Of a stretch of 64,000 nucleotides of DNA, positions 49,459 to 59,684 are shown piece after piece; within the stretch, counting starts at the first letter, position 1, and every line of letters begins with the position of its first letter. The notes under the pieces were generated by a model. It was not told the DNA's origin, did no database searches, and saw only the letters and a list, made by a program, of their open reading frames with translations. This stretch comes from Pelagomonas calceolata. Taxonomy: Eukaryota. Both the position numbers and the translations under genes were made by a program. The stretch covers positions 5,394,001 to 5,458,000 of the forward strand of contig CAKKNE010000002.1 in the NCBI GenBank assembly GCA_918797485.1, in the 5' to 3' direction.

Positions 49459-50907
49459 ATGGGCGCCAAGGTCCACCCCGGCGGGAAAAAGCCGCCGCCC
49501 ATGACCGGCAACGAGGCCCACGTCTTCGTGAAGAGCCCCAACGCGGACCGAGCAAAACAGCTCTGCGCCATAGCCGAGAAGTGCGGCTTCGCGTCGTCGA
49601 TCCACCCGGACACGGACAAGTGCCTGGAGGAGCTCGGCCAGCTCATGAAAGACAATAGGGTATTACCATCAGCAATAATTGTGGACATCTACGACGAAAA
49701 TGGCGACGGCATGGTCGACGAGGACGAGATGTGCTGGCCCTTGTTGCGCATGGTCCAGCGGCCGCACGCGCCCTTCGACGAGCGGCTTAAAAGGGTGTTC
49801 GTTTGTGTCATATCGAGGGATGTTGCCGAATCACCAAGACTGACGCTGGACGCTCTTGGTGCGGGCGCCAAGATGGTCACGGACAACGACGACGCCGTCA
49901 AGGAAGCGCTGGATCTACTACGCTTGACATCGGTGAAAGGCAAGGGCGTGCGAGGTGAGAGTAGTGGTACCAAAAGAGGCGAGGTGAGATGCCCCGTGTG
50001 CCAACTACCTGGACTAAGTCCACCGTTACTGTATGGCCACTACTCGTTGTGTCATGTCACGGAGCCGGGGCCGGATGGGACCTGTCCGCTCTGTCCCCAA
50101 GTCTGCAGGGCAGGCCACGGCTTCACGCCCTTTGCCCGACACTTGGAGGACTGCCACGCTCCTGATGGTTTGGATGAGAACCAGGACGGTCACATCTCCG
50201 CCGAAGAATTGCGGAACTCCATGAAGAAAATGGTCAACACGAAAGCGGCCAAAAAAAACTTGGAGGAGATGTTCCGGGCTTCGGCCGTGACCATTGGTCC
50301 TGAAAAATACGCGGCCTACGCGTGGTTAGTTGTCCGAAGACCATCCGACGGCAAGTACCTCATGGTTTTAGAGTCAGCGCACACTTCTGGATGCCACGGC
50401 AAGCCGAGATATTGGCTCCCGGCCGGGAAATGCGATCCCGGGGAGACCCTCGTAGAAGCTGCCGTAAGATCCTGCGCCGAGGACACGCATGTTACGGTGA
50501 AGCCCATGGGCGTTCTCAGACTAATGTTGGAACCCTCGGCGAAGAAGTCGCTCCGAGTTATTTTATACGCCGAACCCGTGGACGATGACCCATCGATCGT
50601 AGTGCCAAAATCCGTACCGGACTTCCACTCGGTGGGAGCGATCTGGGTCGACCCCGGCGACCTGGAAGACCTCAACGAGAACGAGTACCGGAACCCAGAT
50701 CCCCCGAAGTTTTTTCCTGGGGTGGAAGAGGGCACGATCAAGGCGCACCCCTTGGATACCGATGCGTGGAACAATCTCGAAGGTATCGTGAAGGAGCTGA
50801 CGGCGTCTCCCGATCCTCAAAAACGCGATTCTCAAATACCGGCCGCGTGGGACGCGTGCGAGCGGACGTACAAGAGCGCGTGCCACATGGAGGCCAAGGC
50901 CAAGTAA
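49459..50907 (+). CDS. Receiver-like + EF-hand loops + Di19-type C2H2 zinc fingers + degenerate Nudix domain protein
   Basis: AIIVD..VCVIS..ALGAGA; DENGDGMVDEDE and DENQDGHISAEE; CPVC..H...H..CPLC..H...H; LPAGKCDPGETLVEAAVRSCAEDT. Confidence 0.75.
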   Translation: MGAKVHPGGKKPPPMTGNEAHVFVKSPNADRAKQLCAIAEKCGFASSIHPDTDKCLEELGQLMKDNRVLPSAIIVDIYDENGDGMVDEDEMCWPLLRMVQRPHAPFDERLKRVFVCVISRDVAESPRLTLDALGAGAKMVTDNDDAVKEALDLLRLTSVKGKGVRGESSGTKRGEVRCPVCQLPGLSPPLLYGHYSLCHVTEPGPDGTCPLCPQVCRAGHGFTPFARHLEDCHAPDGLDENQDGHISAEELRNSMKKMVNTKAAKKNLEEMFRASAVTIGPEKYAAYAWLVVRRPSDGKYLMVLESAHTSGCHGKPRYWLPAGKCDPGETLVEAAVRSCAEDTHVTVKPMGVLRLMLEPSAKKSLRVILYAEPVDDDPSIVVPKSVPDFHSVGAIWVDPGDLEDLNENEYRNPDPPKFFPGVEEGTIKAHPLDTDAWNNLEGIVKELTASPDPQKRDSQIPAAWDACERTYKSACHMEAKAK

Positions 50908-50928
50908 GTCCCGTAGATAACATAGTAC

Positions 50929-51756
50929 TTACAAACGGCGCTTCTTCGCCGGCGGTGCGGGCTCGCCGAACAACCTGGAGACGACCGCGAGGTCCTTGGC
51001 CGTGCGCACGCCCGGCGCCTCGACGAGCGGTCTTACGTCATGCTTCGCGTAGACGGCGAGTAATTGGCGCGTCACCCTTTCCGCCGCCTCGGGCCCCGAG
51101 AGGTACTCGTCGGACAGCGCGACGCCGTTCCACGGCCGGAACTTCTGCTGCGCGATCAGCTTCTTGGTGGGCAGGAACACCGACCCGACGAGCTCGAGCG
51201 ACGGAAATGAGGCTCGGAGCCAAAGGAGCTCGCGGTCGAGGTCCTCGAGGCGCACGCCGAACTGGAGCCAGACGGACGACACGCCGCCTCCCTTCAACTT
51301 CGCCGCCAGCGCCGCGCGCTCCTTTTCCATGTCGTCTTCATAAGGATTGAAGGCGACGCCGACCGGCGACGGCGGCGCATTTAGAGCGCCGGCGAGGTCG
51401 CTCGCAAAGTGGCCCTTTTTTCGCTTGCCCGAGCCCGACACCAAAAGCGTCGACAGCGCGACGCCCGACGCTTGCGACCGCGCGGCGAGGGCCGCTAGCC
51501 TCTCCGCGAGCGCCGGCCCGCCCCTCGCGTTGTACTTGCTCGAGAAGTGTGCGCAGACGTCGTCGCCGGGCCCGAGCTCCTCACAACAAACGTCGACCCA
51601 CGCGAGCATCGGGTCCTTCTTGTCCTTGTTCACGAGGTTGAACGACCGGTAGCCCGCGGCTGTCAGGTCGCGGAGGCGCTCCTTCAGTTCGGCCGGCGTC
51701 TTGAAGAACAGCTCGATGCGCGGCGGCCGCAGCGCGCCCGCGAGCTGCGCAGCCAT
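50929..51756 (-). CDS. MTHFR-like FAD-linked oxidoreductase-fold protein
   Basis: VCAHFS, LLVSG, GVAFNPY..ER..L..KL..VWLQFG pattern typical of MetF-like proteins. Confidence 0.55.
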   Translation of the reverse strand: MAAQLAGALRPPRIELFFKTPAELKERLRDLTAAGYRSFNLVNKDKKDPMLAWVDVCCEELGPGDDVCAHFSSKYNARGGPALAERLAALAARSQASGVALSTLLVSGSGKRKKGHFASDLAGALNAPPSPVGVAFNPYEDDMEKERAALAAKLKGGGVSSVWLQFGVRLEDLDRELLWLRASFPSLELVGSVFLPTKKLIAQQKFRPWNGVALSDEYLSGPEAAERVTRQLLAVYAKHDVRPLVEAPGVRTAKDLAVVSRLFGEPAPPAKKRRL

Positions 51757-52015
51757 CAATAGCAGCGTCCAGTTAATGATTTTGTCGTCGTTTTGTTTGC
51801 GCTTCCGATGCGCTGGCAGAACAAAAGCTCTCGCAGCGATGGAAGTACGGGGATTTAAGCCCGGCCCGATCGTCGCAGTAGACTGATGGAGATTGCGCAC
51901 GCAATGTAGAGCAGCAATGCCCCTCTCTGTGTCGTGTGTAGCCCAAGGAGAGCAGAGCTTAGCCAGGCTCTGTCGAACCCGCGCGCATGCGGTGCGATCA
52001 ACGGATCACAATTAA

Positions 52016-53113
52016 TTACGCACTCGCCCCCAACGCCCTCAGCGCGGCGTCATCACTCGGCGGCTCCGCGAGGTCCACGTCTTCCACAACAACGGGCCGC
52101 ACGCGCGACGTATCAACAGAAGTACAAACTCTGTTGGAAGCGTCCCGAAACGGCGCGGGGTTCAGCTTCACGTCCAGAGACCCGTTTCGACGGAGCTCGA
52201 CGACGACGTACGCGCCGAAGCCCAGAGCCGGCTCCGCGTACTCGCTCAGGCCGAACGCAGCGAGTACCGAGAGGATGGAGTAGTCGTGGCCCGAGAAGAC
52301 TTTCAGAGGCCCACCACCGCTGTCGAAGAGCTTGCGCTTTAGGTGACCGCCAACGAAGCCCCTATGTTGTCCAACATCTAAAAACCGCGCGGCCCACGTC
52401 GCGCGCGCGTCCCGCTCGCACTCCCAGAGCTGCGCCCAGTCGAGGTTGAAGCGGAGGTTGTTGCGCCCCTTCGTCGCCGGGCATATAGATGGCTCCGGCA
52501 AAGCTTCACAATCATAAGCCTCGGCCTCGGCCAGGCAGTGTAAATAACAACTCCAATAAAGTAGCAAGGAATCGGGGACTTCCGTATGGTCTTCGTTCAA
52601 TTCCGCGTACATGTTTTCCAGCGACCGTCGCCGGCTCCGCGCTCGCATCGCGTGGGCCTCGTGGTCGCCACTTTTCAGCCCTTGGACACTGGCAAAGTAC
52701 GGCGTGCCGGTCTGGGCCCAGGCCTTGAACGTGACCATCCGTTGATTATCTTCTATTGGTTTTGATGGGACTTGACAGGACGATGCCGCTTCAAAGCCCT
52801 TCAGAAATAGCTTGCCGCTCTCCTCGCAGCGCTCGGCGGGCGACGACTCCCACCTCACGGATTCGTTTCCTAATAATTGAGCGTACTCTTCTCCAAAAAA
52901 CCGTCCTAACGTCTCCATCTGCTTCCTGCCGACGTCGCTCAGGTTGTTGTCGTCGTCGTAAAGTCGTTTGTCGCCGTCGTGCCACTGCGTGCGGATGTCG
53001 TTGCCTTCCCCAAATGCGGCCAGTTCGGCTTTATTGGGGTAGCGTGCACCGTGCCTAAATAGAACTCGTGCGGCTATGACCGGGTTGTCGGCGTCGACGA
53101 CGTGGGCGCTCAT
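52016..53113 (-). CDS. Histidine acid phosphatase
   Basis: RHGARYP, SSPAERCEES, FSGHDYS motifs. Confidence 0.9.
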   Translation of the reverse strand: MSAHVVDADNPVIAARVLFRHGARYPNKAELAAFGEGNDIRTQWHDGDKRLYDDDNNLSDVGRKQMETLGRFFGEEYAQLLGNESVRWESSPAERCEESGKLFLKGFEAASSCQVPSKPIEDNQRMVTFKAWAQTGTPYFASVQGLKSGDHEAHAMRARSRRRSLENMYAELNEDHTEVPDSLLLYWSCYLHCLAEAEAYDCEALPEPSICPATKGRNNLRFNLDWAQLWECERDARATWAARFLDVGQHRGFVGGHLKRKLFDSGGGPLKVFSGHDYSILSVLAAFGLSEYAEPALGFGAYVVVELRRNGSLDVKLNPAPFRDASNRVCTSVDTSRVRPVVVEDVDLAEPPSDDAALRALGASA

Positions 53114-53605
53114 GCTGCACCTAGCCTCTGCTGCTTTGGCAATGCAATGCGGTTTCGTGCCCGAGGCTGCAGCGCTGATGGCTCCAACCGAGACAGTAGA
53201 TAAAAATACGTTACTCCGCGACGCCTTACGGCTTGACGCGTGGACGAGCTGTTTAGCTGCGATTGCTTTGGTCTCCAGCTGTCCTTGTGAGATGCTGCTC
53301 TCCGGATGCGAGACAGTCCCTCCGACAAGACCCTTGCCGAAATTTTCGGGCCAGGAAGAATGGATCGCAGGGAGGAGAATTCAAAATCGTGCGGGTTCGA
53401 TGAAAATGCGTCACCTGCAAAACTGATACAAATTGTCTTGTAACACAGCGTGGTTGCAACACTGCTGACAGTTTCGGACTCTCTGACCTCAAGCAGTATT
53501 CCGAGCACCAGCACACGCAATTTGCATTGCATCTGTTGCCGCTGTCAGCCACGACACCATATCCCTCCGCGCTGCACGTCGTATCGGTGCAACGCAAGCA
53601 CAAAG

Positions 53606-54202
53606 ATGACCTCACTCGCAGCGAGAATAGCGGGCTTCCCCAAGGCCCAGCCCTTTGTCTTTAACCTGGGCGTGGCCGCGGCCAAGACGTCCGCCGCCGA
53701 CTTGCTCACCCAAACCGTCGTCGAGAAGAAATCATTCCCCAACGGCATCGACTGGAAGCGCAACGCTTCTTTTACAGTATTCGGCTTCGCCTACTTGGGC
53801 GGGTTCCAGTACTGGCTCCAGGTCAACATGTTCCGGAAAATGTTTGTTGGCATGGACAAGGTCGCGGAGATGCCGCTTTCCAAGAAACTCGTGGACCCTT
53901 CAGCTCTCAGTGTCATCGCGAAGCAGATCGCCTTCGACATCGCGATCCACATGCCCTTCATGTACTTCCCTACCTTCTATGTCGTGAAGCAAGCCGTGCA
54001 GGGCCCGCCGGGCGGCAACGTCGTCGTGGACGGGTTGTCGAAGTACAAGGAGAACTGGGTCGTCGACCAGACGGCCATGGTCAAAGTATGGCTGCCCGCG
54101 GACGTCGTCTTCTTCTCGGGGCCGCTGTGGTTGAGATTGCCTTTGAGACACGTGGTCAGCTTCGGGTGGACGGCGTACGTGTCCTTCTTGCGGGGGGCCT
54201 AA
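53606..54202 (+). CDS. Mpv17/PMP22 family membrane protein
   Basis: KTSAADLLTQ, IDWKRN..F..FG, YFPTFY, VWLPAD..F..PLWLRLP. Confidence 0.88.
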   Translation: MTSLAARIAGFPKAQPFVFNLGVAAAKTSAADLLTQTVVEKKSFPNGIDWKRNASFTVFGFAYLGGFQYWLQVNMFRKMFVGMDKVAEMPLSKKLVDPSALSVIAKQIAFDIAIHMPFMYFPTFYVVKQAVQGPPGGNVVVDGLSKYKENWVVDQTAMVKVWLPADVVFFSGPLWLRLPLRHVVSFGWTAYVSFLRGA

Positions 54203-54253
54203 GTTATCAAGTATGTTACGCTGCCGTGGGGGAGGGGCGCGTTTCTACTGGAA

Positions 54254-56251
54254 TCAGAGGGGCTTGCTCTTGGCCTCCCTCAGAAAGGCCTTGAGCGAGT
54301 TGAGCCGCTTGTCGATGTCGCAGACGTCATCCGTCTTGACGTTCTCGGCGTTGCGGTCGCGCAGCGGCGACTTGGAGCGCTTCTTCCGGAGCGCGGCCTT
54401 TTTCGGGGGGCACGGCGACGGCTTCTCCGCGGCGGCCGCCGCGAGGTACTCGCGCGGCACGCTCTCGGCGGCCGGCGGCGGCGCGGCGCGCGGCGGCGGC
54501 GGCGCGGCCGGCTCCGGTTCTGGTGCAGCGGGCGGCGGCGGCGGCTTCGGCGGCGCTACGGTGCGGCCGAAGGCGGCGCGCGGCGGCGGCGGCGGCGCGG
54601 CGGCCGGCTCCGGTTGTGCCGGCTCCGGTTGCGGTGCCGCGGGCGGCGGCACGGTGCGGCCGAAGGCGGCGCGCGGCGGCGGCGCTGCGGCCGGCTCCGG
54701 CTCCGCGGGTGGCGGCGGTGCGGCGCGCGGCGCGGGCGCCTTGGGCGCGGGCGGAGCGGCCGCCGGAGGGTCGTCGGGCGCCGCCTCCTCGACGCGGGGC
54801 TCCGCGGGCGACGGCGGCGCCACGGCGCGGTCGGCCGCCGCGCGCGCCGCCGCGGCCTCGGCGCGCGCCTCCAGTACAGCGGGGGACGGCGCACGCCGTT
54901 GCGAAGACGGCGGCCGCGGCGGCCGCGGGCCCCGGCGGCCCGACGCCGAGCGGCGTTTTGGTACGCTGGCCTTGGGCGGCGGCGGCGGCGGGACCGACGT
55001 CCGCGACGCTCTAGAAGAGGTAGACCGGCGCGACGCGCAGGACCGCTCCGACCGCCGCGAGCCGGCACTGGAATAACCGCACGACGGCGAGCGCGAGCCC
55101 CAGGCGCCGCGGCGTGCCGCGAGCGCCGCCAGTCTGGCTTCGCGGTCGCGCTGGTACTGCGTCGGGTCGAAGCGGCCGCGCGGCGCGTACCAGACGGCGC
55201 CCGCCGGCGCCGCGCGCGGCGCCGGCGACCGGCCGCGCCGTTGAGAGGGAGGCGGCGGCGGCGTCCGTTTGACGGACTTCGACGATGAGCGGCGCTGGCG
55301 CGGCACGCTGGCCTTCCTTTGGGGAGGCGGCGGCGGCGGCGCCTCGCGCGACAGGTCCCGGGCCCGCCGTAAGCGCCGGCACTCGGCTCTTGATGAAGCG
55401 AGGTCGCGCCGTAAAGCTGCCGTAATTCTCCGCTCGGCCTCCAACTCCACGCCGACGCGGCGCGCGGCGGCGCGCCCGTCCGCAGAAGCAGAACGCGCCG
55501 AGAGCTCCCTCCTTAGTCGGGCGTTCTCCGCCCTCAACGCGCCCGCCGCGCGGCCCTTGACCGATCTTGATGAAGACCGTTGTCGAGGCGCCCTTTCCAA
55601 TTGCGCGACGCGCTCCCGCAACGCATCCGCCTCGGCTCTCGAAGCGCGCAGGCGCCGCGCGCACTCGGCCCATGGGACGTCGGCGTCGTCGCCCTTCGGC
55701 TGGTGCTGCCTTTCTTGTAACCGCGCGCGGCACCGCCGTAATTGTCTCGCCAGCGACGCTCTAGAAGGCTGCGTCTCGGCGTCCAGCGGTAAGGGGTAGT
55801 GCACTCTATCAAATTCCGCGGCATACGTCACGATCAGATAACGTCTATCACTGGGTAGCGGCGCGTCCGTGGGGACGGTGGAGCCCCGCTTCCGCGCTCG
55901 TAGTTGTTCCAAGTCTCGCGCCGTCAACAAATCAACGAAGACGGAGTCGGCCGTGCCGTCCAAAGCGCCGCTGAGCATCCGCGCGAAGGTGCCTAATGCC
56001 TTGTAGTTGCCCGTCTTCGACGTGAGGCTTTCGATGTAGTCCGCGGAGAAGGCGCCGGTCCAGCGCTCGCCCGTCTCGCACTCCACATCTACCACGAGCT
56101 CCGCCTCGTCATTAACACAGTCGGGCGCCCGCTTCCAGCTCGGCGCGCCATCTAAATCGCTCGCTTCCCTCCGCGCGCCGTCGCGGCACTCGCAGGCCAC
56201 TTCATACAGCGCGCCGTGGAAGTTGAGCGTGCGGCAGTACTCGAGGGCCAT
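54254..56251 (-). CDS. CCDC61: CCDC61/VFL3 centriolar coiled-coil protein with Pro/Ala-rich repeats
   Basis: WTGAFSADYIESLTSKTGNYK, DLLTARDLEQLR, RYLIVTYAAEFDRVHYPLPL; C-terminal DIDKRLNSLKAFL. Confidence 0.9.
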   Translation of the reverse strand: MALEYCRTLNFHGALYEVACECRDGARREASDLDGAPSWKRAPDCVNDEAELVVDVECETGERWTGAFSADYIESLTSKTGNYKALGTFARMLSGALDGTADSVFVDLLTARDLEQLRARKRGSTVPTDAPLPSDRRYLIVTYAAEFDRVHYPLPLDAETQPSRASLARQLRRCRARLQERQHQPKGDDADVPWAECARRLRASRAEADALRERVAQLERAPRQRSSSRSVKGRAAGALRAENARLRRELSARSASADGRAAARRVGVELEAERRITAALRRDLASSRAECRRLRRARDLSREAPPPPPPQRKASVPRQRRSSSKSVKRTPPPPPSQRRGRSPAPRAAPAGAVWYAPRGRFDPTQYQRDREARLAALAARRGAWGSRSPSCGYSSAGSRRSERSCASRRSTSSRASRTSVPPPPPPKASVPKRRSASGRRGPRPPRPPSSQRRAPSPAVLEARAEAAAARAAADRAVAPPSPAEPRVEEAAPDDPPAAAPPAPKAPAPRAAPPPPAEPEPAAAPPPRAAFGRTVPPPAAPQPEPAQPEPAAAPPPPPRAAFGRTVAPPKPPPPPAAPEPEPAAPPPPRAAPPPAAESVPREYLAAAAAEKPSPCPPKKAALRKKRSKSPLRDRNAENVKTDDVCDIDKRLNSLKAFLREAKSKPL

Positions 56252-56655
56252 CGTTTGTTGGCTGCGCTGCTCTTCCAATTCAAACACGCGGTGGCTGCAG
56301 CGCCGTGGAATCAGTTCGCTGCCGTGCGGTCCTAAGGTGACAGCAGCCCTGAACGCGATAAACTCACGGCAAAAGAGCTCCTGTGCAGCTCGCACGGCCG
56401 TGCCAAATTCAGTTTTGTTTGAGCCGCCGTCTCTAGATTGACCTACTAGCGCGCAAAAGTATACATCCCATGACGTGTCATCCCTACGGAGGAGCCCCCG
56501 CGGAGAAGTCTAGATTCCGTTCACATTTCCGTTTCATCTCCATCAGTCCAACAGATCTCAAAACAAACCTGGCATCTCTGGCGCTGATCCGGCTGCGTGC
56601 TATTTCGAGCGGGGCAGCCATCGCTCGCAACATGCGCCAGTAATTCATTCTCGAG

Positions 56656-58095
56656 ATGGCAACCACAGCACCGGATCCGACCACGATTGATGTGGCACCT
56701 GATAGCCAGTCCGAGATACACCAGAAGCTGAAGAGAGCCAAGGCGGCCGGCGCGGCGGTGCGGGCGCGCATCTCGGTGACAATGGGACTGGCCGGCGGCG
56801 CGCTGGTGGTCGTCCTCGTCACTGCGATTGCCGACGCCGCTGATACGCTAAATTACGCATCGGCGTTCTACTGCATCGGCATCCCGGGGCCGCCGCTGCT
56901 CCTCCTTGCGGTGCTGCCTACCGACCGACTGGTCATTTACGGCGTCGCGGTGATTTGCTGTGGTGTGTCTCTCGTGTGTGGTTACTTTATAGCTGACGAA
57001 GCACAACGCCACGCGAGGCGGAAGCGGCGGCCGGACAAGGCGGACTGGACCGCAGTCCAGTACGTGTGGGTGGTGGGCTTTTTGTGCGTGGCCGCGGTGA
57101 TGAGCTCCGCGGCCGGGCTGCCGCCGCGCGCCGCTCTTCGACGGATGTGGATGTCCCTTGGCGCGGTGTACCTCGCCTCTGCTTTGATATGGGGGTACGT
57201 ATGTGTTACCTGCGTGAATGGCATGGAACGCGGCTCCCCGGAGCACCAATTCTTCTGGATCGCCACGGCAGAACTCTTTGTGCTCGGCGTGGCGAGCTCG
57301 ACGCCGTCCTTCCGCCAACGCATCCACGCCGCCCTGCTGGCGCGGGACGGCCAGATCTCCTCGGCGGCGTCCGTCGCCGCCCTGCTGGGGCGCAACGATA
57401 TTGATCATGTCAAGGCGGAGGCGCAACGAAAATTCTACGGCGTCGAGCTGTCGCAAGTGCGCCTGGAGGACCTACAACAGAGCACGCCGGACCCCGCCCT
57501 CTTCGCCCGGGCGAAGCACGCCCGGTTCGACGAGATCGATTGGTTCATTTCGCACTCGTGGCACGACTCGCCCGATGCCAAGTATAGCGCGTTGCAGGCC
57601 GCCCGATCTAAGTTCGTTGCGGCCAATAAACGAGAGCCTGTGGCGTGGCTCGACAAATTTTGCATCGACCAGACGAGTATCGCAGACAGTCTCATGTGTC
57701 TCCCGGTCTTCCTCGCGGGCTGCAAACAGCTCTACCTATTCTGTGGGCCCACGTTCTTGGAGCGGCTGTGGTGCCTGTTGGAGATTTTTGTGTATCTCGA
57801 GATGGGCGGTCGCGTCGATGACGTAACGCTGGTTCTGGCGCCGCCGGAGGGGACTGACGACGTCGACGCGTACTTCGAGGAGCGATTCGCGAGGTTCGAC
57901 GTGTCTCACGCAACATGCTTCGACCCCGTCGAGCGCGACCGGCTGCTCGCGACCATCGAGGCGGGCTTCGGCGGGCTCGACCAATTCAACGCGTCGCTCA
58001 AGGGCGTCGTCGCGGATCTGCTGAAGCGCGCCGCGGACACCCCGCGCGGCCTTGAGCGATCGTTCTCCGTGCGGGCGTCGACGCGTAATTTGTGA
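56656..58095 (+). CDS. Multi-TM protein with C-terminal TIR/HET-like domain
   Basis: About 6 TM segments, then DWFISHSWHD, WLDKFCIDQ, LPVFLAGC, RLWCLLEIF. Confidence 0.75.
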   Translation: MATTAPDPTTIDVAPDSQSEIHQKLKRAKAAGAAVRARISVTMGLAGGALVVVLVTAIADAADTLNYASAFYCIGIPGPPLLLLAVLPTDRLVIYGVAVICCGVSLVCGYFIADEAQRHARRKRRPDKADWTAVQYVWVVGFLCVAAVMSSAAGLPPRAALRRMWMSLGAVYLASALIWGYVCVTCVNGMERGSPEHQFFWIATAELFVLGVASSTPSFRQRIHAALLARDGQISSAASVAALLGRNDIDHVKAEAQRKFYGVELSQVRLEDLQQSTPDPALFARAKHARFDEIDWFISHSWHDSPDAKYSALQAARSKFVAANKREPVAWLDKFCIDQTSIADSLMCLPVFLAGCKQLYLFCGPTFLERLWCLLEIFVYLEMGGRVDDVTLVLAPPEGTDDVDAYFEERFARFDVSHATCFDPVERDRLLATIEAGFGGLDQFNASLKGVVADLLKRAADTPRGLERSFSVRASTRNL

Positions 58096-58321
58096 TCTGT
58101 GGTACTTGTCCTTTAGTTGTGTTGGGTGCACGGGTTTTACACCGCAATATTTTGCGACTGAGCGACATTCAGGCGGCGCGGCCACAAGCTACCGTGCCTA
58201 CACGCCCAGACAACGAGTGATTCGAGCGGAGAGCGAGGAAACGCCGCCGCAAGGGGGCACTGATCAATAAAAATAAAACATTACCTCGCCGCGGCCGGTC
58301 CGGAGAGGTGTGAAATTTGAC

Positions 58322-58929
58322 ATGGAGTACTCGGTGGACGCCCACGCCATGGCGTCGCTGATTCCGCACGACAACTATGATCTGGTCGTGGCCAATAGTG
58401 TTTTTGAGCACATGCGGCAGCCCTTCGTCGTCGCGTGCCGCGCGGCGTGGAAATCACAATAGCCAGTGGCGAGGTCGCGTCGATGGCGTCTCGGAGGGCC
58501 TCATTCCGACGCCGTTGACGCGCCGCGTCGACCGCCACGCCATCGCCGCGACGCGTTCGCACCGCGAGACGCGGCGTCACACGCAGGAAACAAATCTACC
58601 TCATCCTCAAGCCCGGCGGCTACATGCTCTGGCACACGCCGTTCATGTTTCCCTTCCACGGCGTGCCCGCGGACTATTTCCGCTACACGCACGCGGGCGC
58701 GGCGGCCGTCTGTGAAGACTCGGGCCTCGAAGTTATTGAAGCGGCGCCGGACGGCGGCTACGCGGCCGTGCTGGGCCATGTAGTAGGCATGGACACGCGC
58801 TTCTTCTCGGACGAGGAGATACACCGAGTGCATGAGCTGCCGCACTGGAAAGATCTGGACAACCTGCACCACAAGGTGTCCTACCACCTGTCGACGAAGC
58901 TCGTCGCACGGAAGCCCCCCTCGAACTAA
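58322..58929 (+). CDS. Class I SAM methyltransferase (type-11-like), N-terminally incomplete; exons 58322-58434, 58587-58929
   Basis: Spliced product YDLVVANSVFEHMRQPFVVAKQIYLILKPGGY..PFHGVPADYFRYT; GxG motif I absent and in-frame stops upstream. Confidence 0.7.
58443..58586. mobile_element. Decayed introner forming intron 58435-58586
   Basis: GT donor 8 nt before CGGCGTGGAAATCA; internal GTCGCGTCGATGGCG / CGCCATCGCCGCGAC inverted pair; ends CACGCAG. Confidence 0.7.
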
Positions 58930-58930
58930 T

Positions 58931-59410
58931 TCACTTACATTCTAAGAAGTCGAGCGCGTCGGCCTTGACTTTTGGTGGTGGCTTCTTCTCCACGGCGCGC
59001 CGGATGTAGCCGACGTTCGCGCGCAGCTCGTCGGCCGTGCCCCTTAACCCGACCGCGGCCAGGTCCTCCCGCAGCTCCTCCGTTGATATCGTCGTCGGCT
59101 TCGCTTCGCTAGTGTCGCTCGACGACGTTGATGATGCGGACGACGCGGACGACGCAGACGAGTCCGAGGACGCCACCGATTCATCGTCGGCAGCGTCCTC
59201 GGCGTGGTCGTCCGCGCGCTTGAGGGCCCGCTGCACGACGACCCTATATTCCAGCATGAGTTCGTTCGAGGGCTCGTATTTTAGTACTTTCTCGATGAGG
59301 GGCTGGGCCTTTGTATAGTCCGCGGCCTGCAATGCGGCCAGCAAGTCCATCACCAGCTCCTCGGGCGCATTGCTCGGCGTCCGCCGGTCGTCGCGGTCGT
59401 CGATGGGCAT
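58931..59410 (-). CDS. Small protein resembling ERICH2 (TPR-like helix pair + acidic/Ser tract)
   Basis: APEELVMDLL..DY.KA..L..VLKYEPSN motif. Confidence 0.55.
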   Translation of the reverse strand: MPIDDRDDRRTPSNAPEELVMDLLAALQAADYTKAQPLIEKVLKYEPSNELMLEYRVVVQRALKRADDHAEDAADDESVASSDSSASSASSASSTSSSDTSEAKPTTISTEELREDLAAVGLRGTADELRANVGYIRRAVEKKPPPKVKADALDFLECK

Positions 59411-59684
59411 GGCTTAACACGATTGGCAGCCCCTTTGATAGTGCGGGCAGCCCTGCGCGTCGCACAAAACACAAAACCACCGGTTGCGCTAGTATGTCAA
59501 AGCTAGGCTTTAATTTGGCGTTGCACGCCGCCGGCGCTGCGTACTGACCCGCGACGTCCGCAGAACGGCAGCCAATCTTCCAGGCCGACAGACCCCCGGC
59601 CGACGCACGCGCGCAACGCCGCTCGGGCAGCGCGATCCGCAGCCCCAAGCACAACAACAAGCTAGTGTACAGACACTGACCACC

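Noticed and set aside
27227..54202. Two Mpv17/PMP22 genes as a functional pair
   Set aside because: 26 kb apart, highly diverged, members of a commonly large family
54465..54730. Repeated GC-rich blocks in CCDC61
   Set aside because: In-frame Pro/Ala low-complexity coding repeats, not a mobile element
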